A stretch of 63,668 nucleotides of DNA, the filler included, from Pelomyxa schiedti (Eukaryota; Protista; Evosea): NCBI GenBank assembly GCA_020536535.1. It is 7 parts of 7 records of this genome, joined end to end, with 100 filler letters (N's around TTAATTAATTAA, not from the genome) between each part and the next. Parts side by side here need not be neighbours in the genome. Positions count along the whole stretch, not along the records: positions 34,189 to 57,189 come from JAHLWZ010001063.1; positions 57,290 to 59,998 come from JAHLWZ010001918.1; positions 60,099 to 61,161 come from JAHLWZ010002903.1; positions 61,262 to 62,417 come from JAHLWZ010002754.1; positions 62,518 to 63,668 come from JAHLWZ010002763.1; 2 more parts are not named here. One strand, 5' to 3'. A program made the position numbers and the translations under genes. Of this stretch, positions 52,365-63,668 are shown piece after piece. The number at the start of each line of letters is the position of its first letter. Positions within the stretch are counted from its first letter, which is position 1. The notes below the pieces were generated by a model, which had not been told where the DNA came from, did no database searches, and saw only the letters and a list, made by a program, of their open reading frames with translations.

Positions 52365-53980
52365 TCACAGTTCGTGCTTGTCGTGGTGATCCTCGACTTC
52401 GTCATCGTCGTCATCATCGTCATCATCCTCGTCTTCCTCGTCATCGTCGTCATCATCATCGTCATCGTCCTTCTTCTCCTCTTCTTCCTTCTTGCGCTCC
52501 TCCTCCATCTTCTTTCGGTCCTCTTCTTCCTGTTTGCGTCTCTTCTCCTCTTCGGCGTCAAACATGGACTTCTCTCCCTTCTTCATAACTGCCCACTTCT
52601 CGGCCCATTCCTTGGCCTCCGCAATGCTGTCAGTAACAATAATGTTGTCAAAGATTGTGCCAGACTTGACCTGTCGAGCTTTTAAGAAGGCAACATTGAC
52701 TGTGAGGGAAGTTTTTACCTGCCAGATTTCAATTCCTACGTGAGCGATACTGTCATATGCGTAGAGCTCTGGTTCTGGGGCGTACTTGGGGTTAGGAATG
52801 CGAGGCTGGACCCATGGACCCTTGTAGGCTGGGTTGGGGATGCGCTTTGCCTTCCATGGTCCCTTGTATGCTGGGTTATCAATCATGGGTGCCTCCCACT
52901 CTCCATCGGCATCGTCGTCCCAATCCTCGGGCTTGGCGGCTTCGGGATCCTTAATCTGCAAGCGCTTAGAACGGATATTACTACCCAAGGAAAGAATCAT
53001 ACGAGGGAAGGGATGTCATCATAACCCTCGGGTTTCTTGTCCTCTGGGTCATCCATCTGGGCATCATCAACCCAGTCCTGTGCAAAAGGTTAGGTTGAAG
53101 GCAACTAAATGAAGAGGATACCTCTGGTTTCCTGGCCTCGGGATCGGGGATTTCCTTTGGTGGAACCATATCCCAGTCATCCTCAAGAGAACCTTGCTGG
53201 ACCTTAGCATCATCAATGAGTACTTCGTATGTGTTGTCAGGGTGGACGATGAGGGTGTAAAGGTGAGTCATCTGATCGGTCTCGCACTTAACCTGTTCAC
53301 TTTTTAGATAAACTACCAAAAAAATTTGCTGCACACCTCCTTCTTGATGAGATGGTTAGTTCCCTGGTGATTGAAGATAACGTGGGTCTTGCGTGTTGAG
53401 GTACCGCAAATATCAGGGCCAAACATAATGCTGTCACAAACTAAGGGAATTGAAGATACAATCAAGGAAGATATACTTGTAGGTGGAGTCTGGGGAGAAG
53501 TTCTTTGGGTCGTCAAAAGACGAAGCGGGGAGGAGCTTAAGGTATCTGGTTGTTTGTTACAAGAGGGCGGGGGGAAGGAGCACACTTACCCTCCACCGCA
53601 GTCGATTTGTTGCTCGTGCTTAATGGTGTATTGAAGAACGAGATCTTTGCCCTTGTTGGAGAACTCCTCTATTGGTGCGGAAATGATGTAAAATCGGGCA
53701 TCATCGTCGGTCTTGAGTCCCTGGTCCTCCTTCTTGTCATTGTACCACTTCCCGGCAGACAATTTCCAGTTTCCAGAGGTGCCGTCGGCGTCCTTGACAA
53801 TGGACTTTGTCCATCTTGAGGTCCACGTGTCTGTGTTCGTGTTCGTAAGTTTACGTGTTTCGTCTATCACGGGGAAAAAAAGAAAAAAACGGCGATAGTA
53901 CCATCGTCGAAGGTCTCTTTGAAGTAGAGATGTGCGGTACAGGCCGCGACAAGAGCGGCAACAACGATAATGCTCTTCAT
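52365..53980 (-). CDS. CALR: Calreticulin
   Basis: Signal peptide, [35 protein letters not shown]-domain repeats, [12 protein letters not shown], acidic tail, C-terminal KHEL. Confidence 0.97.
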
Positions 53981-54228
53981 CACTCTCAACACTTGTGTGT
54001 CTTTTTCCGAAAGTATGGAAAAAATGCCAATGGGAAAAACTCTTGTAAAGACAGATCCAGAAAAAACGGCAATTGCTCGTCGAAAACTCGCTTTATTTTC
54101 ATCTAAAATCGGCCACGTGTCAGGGTGCAAAAATGGCTGACTGGTCGCTGGATAGAAAATAGAAATTTAACTCAGCTGGCCAAATGCATTCTTTGTTGTT
54201 TGTTTCGGGTTGTTGTGTGTTTCATGCA

Positions 54229-54839
54229 CTAAACGAAGTCTCTAAGGAAGATGGAGTGTTGGTTGCCTGCCAAGTTTCGCCTATGGACCTCGCACTTGTA
54301 ATCATCAGGATCCTGAAGTTTGTTGTGTTAGTATTTGTAAGGAATGTGGGAAGCATACTTCGACAACTTGTTCAAAGTACTCGTTGTGTGCGTTTATCAC
54401 CTTGACTTTACTCCTGCAAGATTTCTTTCCTAAAGTTATCGTGTTAGAAGCACAAGTTGATAAGTGTAAAAACAGCCAACAATATACCGTCATGCAGTTT
54501 CTTTGGTTCGAACTTGTGCTCCCCGCCACACTTTATCTCCACTTGTTCTTCCTCATCATCTTCGCGCCAGTTTTCTTCCCATTTGTCATTGTGGCCCTCC
54601 CGGTCGTTGCCGCGGTCCCCATGGTATCTCTCCTCCTCAGGCTTCTCCCTTCCCACATCGACGTCGTCGTACTTGAATATCACAGACGCAAGTAGTGTGG
54701 TGCATTCCTCATCCTCGCCACCAACGAAATTTCTCAGCGTTATTCCCCATTTCTTCCTCTGCGCGTTGCTCTCGTCACCGGCCCAAACCCCAGCCAAAGC
54801 CACCAGCACAAGTAGCAATGCAGATCTGAATGCACGCAT
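54229..54839 (-). CDS. Small secreted hypothetical protein, 2 introns
   Basis: MRAFRSALLLVLVALAGVWA signal peptide; exons splice to ...HSIFLRDFV*. Confidence 0.55.
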
Positions 54840-55162
54840 TGTATACTCTTGTTGTAAGATTCAGATGTTCGACAGGGAGTTACAGCAGAAACAGCACAAA
54901 ATGACACATAGGAATGCGCCCGCGAGTAGATCTTATGAAGCCGCAAAACACGACAAAAATTCCGGTGACACCACTGCCTCCATCACGTGCTGGAGCTTGT
55001 TCAAAAAAATTCGGAAAAATAAGAATTTTTTTTTTCATCGAATGAACAGAGACTGGGAGAAGTGCGTGAAGCAATCGACACAGGGGCGAGTGGTGTGAGT
55101 GCATACGGGGGTTTTTTTTTTGTTGGTTATGGCTCTTGGGGCTTGGGAGGAATTATGGTTGT

Positions 55163-57189
55163 TTAGGATTTGTTTGTGGAGTTAACCAAACTACTCACGG
55201 GTTCTGTATCTTGTTTCTGATGCTGCATCTTCATGGTTGCTAGTTCCCGTTGTAATGACAGTTTTTCCTTTTCTGCTTGGGCTCTCTTGACTTCGGATTC
55301 TTCAAAGGCTTTGCGGTAGAATTCTACTGATCCAGAGGAGGCACTTGAAGTAAGAGCATTGCCCTTTGCTGGTGCCATGCCAGTATTGACTTCGAGGGAA
55401 GTAGTGCATACAGAGTCCATTGGAACATCTAATGTTAGACGCAATTGATGCGAGGTAGAAATAACAAATAAGCAAAAGAATTACAATAGTGAAAAGAAAA
55501 ACCTTTGTGGTCTTTAACACCTTTCTGAGCAGTTGGCAGACAACACATTGGTTCTGATGCATCAGCCTCGCCCTCCCACTCTCCTTCCACCACACGTCCA
55601 TCATCAAATTTATGCTCCCCAAGGCCAAAGATAACTCCATCCTTCCAAGTTCCAGAATGGTAAGCTCCACTATTCCAGCGGAACGTTCCTTGCCCATGAA
55701 AGTTACCATTGAGAAAATCACCTACATACTTGTCCCCATTTGGCCAACTGTGCTCTCCCTTGCCAGTTCGTTGGCCTGCTTGCCAGTCGCCAGTATACAT
55801 TTCACCATTTGCCCATTTGAAAGAACCTTTGCCTTCCCTGATGCCATTCACCCAGTCACCAGCATAGTAAGAGCCATCCATAAAGTGTAGTTCACCCTGC
55901 CCAGAAGGGTTTCCATTCTTCCAGTAACCCTTGTACGTTGCATTGCCACAAATCAAAACTCCATGTCCCTCCCTTTTCCCTGCCACAAATTCACCCTCAT
56001 ACCACTCCCCACTCGGTATGAACTCTGTTCCATGTCCATGTGGGAGGCCGTGTGCGAATTCCCCACTGTAAAACTTGCCATCAGTTGAGAGAAGCGTGCC
56101 GTTTCCATGACTCTTCCCTTTCTCATACGACCCAATATAAACAGCTCCATTCTCCATGATTTCATGTCCCTTCCCAGACATAGCACCAGCAGCCCAAGTC
56201 CCAGTGTACACCCTGGCCAGTGGGTACGGGAATTGCACATTAGGCCCATTCGCAGCAGCAGCAGCACCACCACCACCATTAGCATTAGAATTAGAATTAG
56301 CAGGAGCAATAGCAGCACAAGAAGTTGTATTCCCACTAGGAGGACAAACAGCCGGAGTACCACAAGAAGCCTCATTTGCCACATTCCCAGCACCACCCTT
56401 GTCCTTTTCCTTTTCCTTGTCCTTGTCCTTGTCACTGTCCCTGAGAGTCCAAATCGCGGTGCCCCTGCCGTTCTTCTCGCCCTCCAGGAAGGTCCCGGTG
56501 TACAGCTCGCCGTCGGGCCTGACTTCCAGGCCGTGGCCGGTCCTCGCGTTGGAGTACCAGTCGCCGTCGTACTTCCTGCCGTCGGGCCACGTGTAGCAGC
56601 CGCGGCCGTGCTGCAGGCCCTCGCTGAACTGCCCCTGGTACACGGCGCCGTCGGGCCAGCGGTGCTTGCCGTAGCCCGACTCGGCGTCGTCCTTCCAGCT
56701 GCCCTTGTAGACGCCTTGGTCGGCCCAGGTGTAGACGCCGCGGCCGTGCTTGCGGTCGTGCAGGTAGTCGCCGCGGTAGACGTCGCCGTTGGGCCAGCGG
56801 TGGGTGCCGAGCCCCGTGCGGCGGTCGTTCTCCCAGTCGCCCTCGTAGACCCGGCCGTCGGGCCACGTGTACGTGCCCTTGCCGTGCCGCTTCTCCGCCT
56901 TCCACTCGCCTTCGTAGACCTCCCCCCCTTCGTAGGCCACGCGCCTGCTTGTAGTCGGCACCGTGGCCAACGGTGCGGCCGCGGCGGTGGTCGTGTTGTT
57001 GTTGTTGTTGTTGTTGTTGTCGGTCGCAGGAGAAGGAGTGGGGGAGGGGGTGGGCGCGGGGGACGGGGCCGCGGGCACCACGGGTGTGGGTGCAGTTGTG
57101 AGCGTTGACGCCGCGGTTGCCGGAGCGGGCGCCGGCGACGGCGGGGGAGGCGCGGGGCCAGGGGGAGGCGGAGGCGGGGGAACTGGGGG
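55163..57189 (-). CDS. MORN-repeat protein, 5' truncated at the contig edge
   Basis: Many YxGxWxxGxxxGxG repeats in ORF 55435-57081; coiled-coil last exon 55163-55433. Confidence 0.9.
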
Positions 57190-57412
57190 NNNNNNNNNNN
57201 NNNNNNNNNNNNNNNNNNNNNNNNNNNNNNNNNTTAATTAATTAANNNNNNNNNNNNNNNNNNNNNNNNNNNNNNNNNNNNNNNNNNNNCTGTTTGGTGG
57301 TGGTTTCTGGCAGCCAACCAGAAAGCAGGTTGCAGGTTTTTTTTTATATCTGGAATGAGTCATTCCGACGTGTGCTCAACAAAAGAAAAAGGTGGTTTTA
57401 ATGAATCATTTT

Positions 57413-58486
57413 CTATTCGAGATAAGGTGAGATTTGTGTGTGCATTGGTGAATCTCGTAGGGCTAGATTTGTAATGTGGGCAATTACAAAAAAAGCCTGG
57501 TTTAGACGAAAATAAGAGTGCCGCCAAACTTGACCAAGACACTGCCAATGCTTCAACCTGGCATTGGTATGTTCTATAATTATCCTAACAGAGGCATGGA
57601 CACGATTGAACATAACCTGCAACATGTAAGAGATGAAGATTTGCTTGCAGTGCACACCAAATCCAGACCCAGCATAGAGCTTCGCCCCTTAAAGGGAGTG
57701 ATAAGTTCTTTGGCCCCTTGATAGCCTTTATCGGCTATCCCAATCTCCCCTAGTGAATGTAAGTGATAGCAAGATGATTTGTAGAACCTGGTTGCAGTAG
57801 CGATGATGTCCGGTGTAGCTTCCATGCTGTAATATCCCCACAGCATCCCGGAAAGCCAAATTTGGGGCACTGAACAATAAGTCCATCACTGATACCTAAA
57901 ACAAAGTTAGACTTCAAAAGGAACTTGCTTTACTTACGAACTATAATCTGAAAATTAATAACATGCCTCTTCTTCTTGCCGGAATACAACATTCGCTGCA
58001 TAGCATAGTTCTTGGGCCGCGATATGGCAATGGCTGTACCATCCACAGCCCAGAGACAATTAGGAAAGAGACCCCCAATCGGCTGCTGCTCAAAACGATC
58101 CTCAAAGTGAATCTAGATTAATCTAAAACTCAAAAATATCAACAAAAATGGAAGGAAATACTTCATTGAAGTTATCATAAGCGAAACTGATTAGTTCCCA
58201 TAGGTGGATGCGGTACGTGTCAGGAGCCACATGCCAAAAGAGTGCCGCTTCTTCCTCAACAGGGTACCGCCGGAAAAAATGAAGCATCCAAAGCATCCAT
58301 TTTGGTTTGTAATAGCGCTCATAAAGAAAATATTTACGCCAAAGAAAGTCAACCTGGTTTGGCTTCAAACCAAATAACATCTAGCAAGACAATTAAGGAG
58401 TGAAAGAAGAATAACCACACGACCTGGAAACTAGATACTGAATAGCAGCAGCCTAAGCTTGCTGCTAAATGCCCAAAGTCTACCAT
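57413..58486 (-). CDS. Harbinger (HARBI1-like) DDE transposase, 5 introns
   Basis: Spliced product contains AVDGT, RP...YSGKKKRH, ADKGYQG, TPFK, FNRVHASVRIIIEH...LKHW; no internal stops after GT-AG splicing. Confidence 0.9.
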
Positions 58487-58726
58487 AGCTTCACCCCTAC
58501 GATTTTTTTGTTTGGTTTGGTTTTTTTAAAGAAAAGCTGTACCCCTTGCAGGAGATTCATGGAATTGGTTTGATATCAGAAAGTTTAACAGGCACAGATC
58601 TGTGAAAGCGTTAAGAACATGAAAGCGTTAAGAATGAAGAAAAAAACGTGAAAAGGCACAAGGAACAAACTCCGTAAGAAACAAACTTCACAAAAAATAA
58701 AAAAAAACAACACTAAACACACAAAA

Positions 58727-59820
58727 ATGCCAAAGACCAAAGGGCGATGGTCAGTTGAGGAGCACATGCTGCTGATGGATATAATCACAGAAATGGGTTT
58801 CGCTGACATAACTGACCCCACCACCGAAGATTCTGCACAAGTGGCACGGCGCTTCACTGGCCGGGATATAAAGTGAGTTGTTACTTTTTTTTTATTTAAC
58901 TTTGTTATTAATTAGTTTTTTTTGTGCTCTTGCCTTTTCTCTTTTTTTTTATGTTTAACTTCGCTATTGTTTAATTAATTAATTATATCAGTACTCTTAT
59001 TTGCCTTAGGCAAATAAGAGAACACTGGCAATATACAACTCGAAAGAAGAGAACACTGACACTGGGAGTGGACAACGAACCGACTGAGGATGATGTTCCA
59101 GACGAAGACCCACAGATACCAGAAAGCGAAATATCAGCACCAACAAGCTCAACAACAATGACAACAGTATCTCTTTCTTTGTTGAGTTTTTGTGCTCACT
59201 ACTAAACAGCGCACTGCTCAAGTGTTGGGATCGATGAGCGCCTTCGGAGGTATTATTTGTGATTGGTTTCTTCGTGTTCCAATCATTTTTCAGGGAATGG
59301 GACGAACCTGCGCTCATCACAGCACCACGAGTTCAGCCAAATGGTGTCTGCAGCCGCCAAGTTGCATGCAGCGATAAAAACTGAAAAACTTGACAAAGGA
59401 GCGTGCAGCAGTTGTGCCGTGAATTGTCCCCCCAGCCCAAGGCTTCTCCCTTTGAAGAGGCGGCCCCCTCAGAACCCCCTACCATTTGTCTTCCTTAGTG
59501 AAGACGCGGATGCATTCCATGTGAGGTTTCCTGTGTGTCCAGGTGTGCTTATTCTAAACTTTCCTCCGACTGAAACCTCCTAAGGTCACAGGTACCACTA
59601 TCATCTGACACCTGAGACCCTCCTCGTTGAGAGTGAAGTGGAACTGAAGCTTGGTGAGGCTGAGACCCTCCTGTGTCCACCACAAGCTTCCTTTGAATTC
59701 ACTCTGTTGTTTCCGGCTACTGTGTCTGTCTCTGGTAATCTGGACTCCCTGGAAAAGGTCACTGAAGGCTGGATCACGTTGACTTTGTGGAAGCAGAAAG
59801 CATGCCTTGACTTCCAGTGA
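58727..59820 (+). CDS. Harbinger accessory protein: Myb/SANT domain plus C-terminal alpha-crystallin/HSP20-like domain (275 aa, 4 introns)
   Basis: Exons 58727-58872, 59010-59166, 59210-59249, 59294-59542 and 59585-59820 total 828 nt in frame; KGRWSVEEHMLL...GRDIKQIREHW (Myb) and PFVFLSEDADAFHVRFPVCPG...SFEFTLLFPATV...EGWITLTLWK (ACD-like). Confidence 0.8.
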
Positions 59821-60339
59821 ATCAATCACTATCTTTCTCTTTTTATCCCTGGTTTTCGGCAAGATGTTGGACATTGGAATGATTCATTAAAACCACCTTT
59901 TTCTTTTGTTGAGCACACGTCGGAATGACTCATTCCAGATATAAAAAAAAACCTGCAACCTGCTTTCTGGTTGGCTGCCAGAAACCACCACCAAACAGNN
60001 NNNNNNNNNNNNNNNNNNNNNNNNNNNNNNNNNNNNNNNNNNTTAATTAATTAANNNNNNNNNNNNNNNNNNNNNNNNNNNNNNNNNNNNNNNNNNNNGG
60101 TGGTTCGTTTCCTCTGTCTGCACAACAACACCAACAGCAGGTTCTGTTCGTTCAGAAGAACAAGAAGAAGAATCACATGATGAGAGTAATCATAGTCACC
60201 TCCTCCTGCTATTTCTCTGGATGCTTTCCCAAAACAAAAGAGGATGTGCAGAGTGGCTCTTCCACAAGCTGAAATTCACTCTCCCCGATGTGTGTAGATT
60301 TCCTTTTTCTTTGGCACTCTCAAGTGTTTGTGTGACAGG

Positions 60340-60611
60340 TGAGGGGGAGGTTATTGGGATCTTCAGTTGACATTGACACTTGGAAGTTGATTCTGAGGCT
60401 TTTTCCAGACGTCACAAGGGATGTTGCCCTCAAGTACTTCATGTACATCATTGCATCCACACCACTTCATGCACAGTTCACCATCAACAACACCAATCTT
60501 GGAATCACACTTGATGACATCAAGGACTTCTGTTGCGGCAAGACCCACCTCCAAGTCATGCCAAGCTATCCTGACCTCTCTCAAACAAGGTGGTGGCTTG
60601 ACCACCTTTGA
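60340..60611 (+). CDS. Last exon of a hypothetical protein
   Basis: Acceptor at 60338, open frame to TGA at 60611; no recognised family. Confidence 0.4.
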
Positions 60612-60704
60612 TCTTGTGGAACACATCCGTGATTCGTTGAATCTCTTTTTCGCGGAAAACAATCAACAACAAACAACCGATCGCCTGAGAGCTCATTGTA
60701 GGGG

Positions 60705-61161
60705 ATGTCGTCATCAGTGTCGAACGTTGTAAATTACGTGGGTTCCCAGGGCACGTATACAGGCAGGGTCGTCAACAACCTGCTTGACGGCAAAGGCACC
60801 CTCACAACGCCAGACGGTGAAAAGCACGACGGAGAGTGGAGGGCCGGGGACAGGCACGGCCGAGGGGCCCACTCGTGGTCCTCCGGCCACACCTACGACG
60901 GCGAGTGGCACAACGGCCACATGGACGGGTGGGGTGTGTCCCACTTCCCCGGCGGGTGGTATGAGGGGCTGCTTAGGGGCGACAGGTGGAAGAGGGGGAC
61001 GTTGAAGGAAAAGAACGGGAACGTTAGGTCCGGTGAGTGGGCGTGGAATGCAAAAGAAGACGCGAATGAGATGCAAGGGTGGGGTGTGCAAAGGAGGACA
61101 AGCACGGGGCCCAGGGCAGTGGTGACAACGGTGTATGAGGGTGAGTGGGACAGGGGCCAGT
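60705..61161 (+). CDS. MORN-repeat protein, 3' truncated
   Basis: YTGRVVNNLLDGKG, HDGEWRAGDRHGRG, YDGEWHNGHMDGWG. Confidence 0.85.
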
Positions 61162-62202
61162 NNNNNNNNNNNNNNNNNNNNNNNNNNNNNNNNNNNNNNN
61201 NNNNNTTAATTAATTAANNNNNNNNNNNNNNNNNNNNNNNNNNNNNNNNNNNNNNNNNNNNGGGGTGCTTGGCGCTGTGCGCGCTCTGTGTGTCCCCCAC
61301 CGCGCTGGAATTTGGCGAGTTTAGCAAGTACCTCCCTTTGTTGCTGGAGGAGGTACGCCTCCGTCTCGGCCTCGGGTACGTTGTCGTGTTCCATCGCCGA
61401 ATTATTAGCCGAAACGCAACTGCTCTACAGATCTTGTGATTCCGGTGGGATCAATCAAGGCCCTCACCGTCAAACCGGCTGCAATCAACAACTCCCCTCG
61501 CTAGGCAAATGGCAACACGAGCAACGTGGTCCCTGTTCGTCACGGAGACCCTACCTGGCGGAGCGCGGCTACGCGTAACCGGGCCCCGAGTTCTACGTGG
61601 CCTCGCTCCCCGCGGCGGGGCTCCACGTGTTCCACATGCTGGACGACAACACACGGTGTGTGCAGGCAGGGCGGGGGCGTGGTGGACGCGGTGGGCCAAG
61701 GACGTGGTTGGGGCGATGGCGGGGGCCGCGGGCACGGGGAGGGTGCTGAGGTACTTTGGGATACAGGGGTGGGTTGGATATAGGTGAGGCTTCGGATACT
61801 TTCAGGCCAAGTGCGATAAGGACGATGACTTTGTAATATCCACATGCGGCCTCACTTATCTGGACACCGATCAAGAACATATTTTTGAACATAAGGCCAG
61901 TGATGATTCTTGTGGAGCAGTCTGAAATATATGTGCACTTTACAGCTTTACATGAACAGGAAATATATTTGGTTCAGGCTGCCATCTCGTTTCAAAAAAG
62001 AGTACGGCCCTTTGTCTGTTAGTGTGTATCCCCTCACACGTTATTTAACAATTGAAATTCCATGCCATGTATTGACTGCCCACACAGAATCAGTGTATGG
62101 TACCTGTACATTTATGGAAGTAGAAAACAGTGGTGAAGTGCACTACCTGGACTAGAACTCAATACATCCACCTTTGTTTGCTTTCTTGTCTTTATTTTTT
62201 CC

Positions 62203-62417
62203 CTACACCGGGGTGCAAGTCAAATGAGAAAAACAGAATTTTTTAGCCGGGATTTGTTGATGTTTTGTGCCGCGGGGCGGTTGGCGTGGCGGGCAGCGCG
62301 GCGTGTGTGTTCGTTGAATCGGGTCTCGCCGCGGCTGCGCGGCCTTGACATAAATGGGTTTTGGTGATTGTTCAGTGGCTTGTGTCTTTTGATTATCGCA
62401 AGAACCACAATAAAAAT
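62203..62417 (-). repeat. Dispersed repeat, copy 2
   Basis: Reverse-complement match to 10508-10627, with a ~14-nt insertion and a different internal segment. Confidence 0.8.
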
Positions 62418-62517
62418 NNNNNNNNNNNNNNNNNNNNNNNNNNNNNNNNNNNNNNNNNNNNTTAATTAATTAANNNNNNNNNNNNNNNNNNNNNNNNNNN
62501 NNNNNNNNNNNNNNNNN

Positions 62518-63057
62518 GGCAATCAGGAAGCAGCACACCAACTGTACAAGTCTGAATGTGGTCGTCCAGGGAGTCCCTCTTAACAGCGGTTTTGCACACA
62601 GGGCAGAAAACCTCAATTGTTGACAGCTTTGCCAGCACACTCTTTGCCGTGAGCGGCTTTGTGTTGCCTTCGATTTTCTCGTCACACACTGAGCACCTAC
62701 TCTCTCCACTCTATTCACACCAACATTATTTGACTGTTTTTTTTTGGCAGGCACACACAGCGTGGACACAGAAGGAGGAAACTTGTTATTGTGGGTGCGG
62801 CGTGGGGTGTGGTGGGAGGAACATCAACCTACATTGGAAGCACAAGCTAGGCAGAAGCAGGCAGCGCAGTCGTGCAGCACCGGGGCGTTGGCGGGGCGCC
62901 CGCACACCGCGCACATGTACCGCACGTCGCACTGGCACCCCCCCGCGTCCACGTACTCGAACTCGCTCCCGCGCCGCGCAGCCGCGGGGGGCTTCCGCCT
63001 GCCCACGCCCACGCCCACGCCCACGCCCTCCCCGGCCCCCGTCATCACCCCTGCCAT
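62518..63057 (-). CDS. RING-finger plus TRAF-type zinc-finger protein, 3' truncated
   Basis: FEYVD...CAVCGRPANAPVLHDCAACFCLAC, then LSTIEVFCPVC...LDDHIQTC. Confidence 0.75.
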
Positions 63058-63150
63058 CAGCCTTTTTCGAGGAAAAGGTAAAAAAAAGAGTAAACGGCTT
63101 GCAAATTAATTAGAGAACGGTGCTGTGGACAGACAGACTAGGTACTGGTG

Positions 63151-63636
63151 TCAGGGGTGGTGGTGGGTGATGTATGTGGAGGTGTAGGGGAGTGGTTGTG
63201 GCCTGCGCGGTGGTAGCGGCTGCTCAGCGGGTGACTGCCTGCTGCTGCTGCTGCTGATGCCAAGTGTTGGTGTTGGTAATAAGTTGGGTGCTGCTTGTGC
63301 TGCTGAAGGAACAGCGGTCATCACCACTGTCCCCTTGTGTTGTTGCGGTTGCAGCTGCAGTGATTCTTTTGTTGTGGTGGTAGGGGTGATTGTGTTAGTG
63401 GTGGTGGTGGGGGGTGGGTGGCTAGGTGACTGTGGTTGTGTTTGTGGTTGCAGTTGCAGTGGATATTGGCGGGTAGTATCACCAGGCCTGGATGGGGTGT
63501 GTGGCGGCTGCGGCTGCGGCTGCGGTTGCGGTTGCTGTGCCGATGTCTGTGCCAGTGCCGGTTCCGGTGCCGGTGTTATGGGTGTTATAGGTGTTAGTGT
63601 GTGACTCTGGTACCTGGCCGGGGCTTGCGACAGTAG
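63151..63636 (-). CDS. Probable last exon of a Pro/Thr/Gln-rich low-complexity protein
   Basis: Open minus frame QQPQPQPQPQPP...TTTT ending at TGA 63153-63151, preceded by a tacag acceptor. Confidence 0.4.
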   Translation of the reverse strand, partial: LLSQAPARYQSHTLTPITPITPAPEPALAQTSAQQPQPQPQPQPPHTPSRPGDTTRQYPLQLQPQTQPQSPSHPPPTTTTNTITPTTTTKESLQLQPQQHKGTVVMTAVPSAAQAAPNLLPTPTLGISSSSSRQSPAEQPLPPRRPQPLPYTSTYITHHHP

Positions 63637-63668
63637 CTGTATTTTAAGGGGTGTTTTTGGAGTGGTTG

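Larger units (their letters stand above)
57290..59998. mobile_element. PIF/Harbinger DNA transposon with two divergent genes
   Basis: Perfect 121-bp inverted repeats (57290-57410 and 59878-59998) enclose a DDE_Tnp_4-type transposase gene and a Myb/SANT gene. The true termini and TSD are lost in the spacers. Confidence 0.92.

Noticed and set aside
56107-57108. 333-aa plus-strand ORF
   Set aside because: Antisense shadow of the GC-rich MORN gene
61500-62155. Coding-looking fragments on a short contig
   Set aside because: Could not assemble a consistent spliced frame or recognise a family

Overview
Eukaryotic, intron-rich protist DNA with short 40-140 nt GT-AG introns. I infer an anaerobic amoebozoan (Archamoebae, possibly Pelomyxa-like) from the Entamoeba-type enolase loop YDLGKKxPxxKKDPS. 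The window is seven contigs joined by six artificial 100-nt N/TTAATTAATTAA spacers, so adjacency across those spacers is not evidence of linkage. Housekeeping genes: ARF GTPase, nucleotide-sugar transporter, prokaryote-type LeuC/HacA dehydratase large subunit, enolase, ADP-ribosylhydrolase, calreticulin, MORN-repeat and RING/TRAF-zinc proteins. Expanded families: two BTB genes plus a relic, three copies of a lineage-specific DARxQFVA family, and four receptor-type adenylate cyclases. Highlights: (1) an apparently intact RAG1-core/Transib/Chapaev-type DDE recombinase gene (14713-16382) with D-D-E, CxxC, HxxxxH, DxxH and WR motifs and RAG1-like D-to-E spacing; (2) a two-gene PIF/Harbinger element with 121-bp inverted ends, whose Myb/SANT accessory protein is fused to an alpha-crystallin/HSP20-like domain; (3) a ~4,400-aa RNF213/mysterin-like AAA+ E3 ligase with a Cys-variant RZ finger and no visible RING; (4) a receptor-cyclase array with homogenised catalytic exons and divergent sensor domains. 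All calls come from manual motif reading; no database searches were run.
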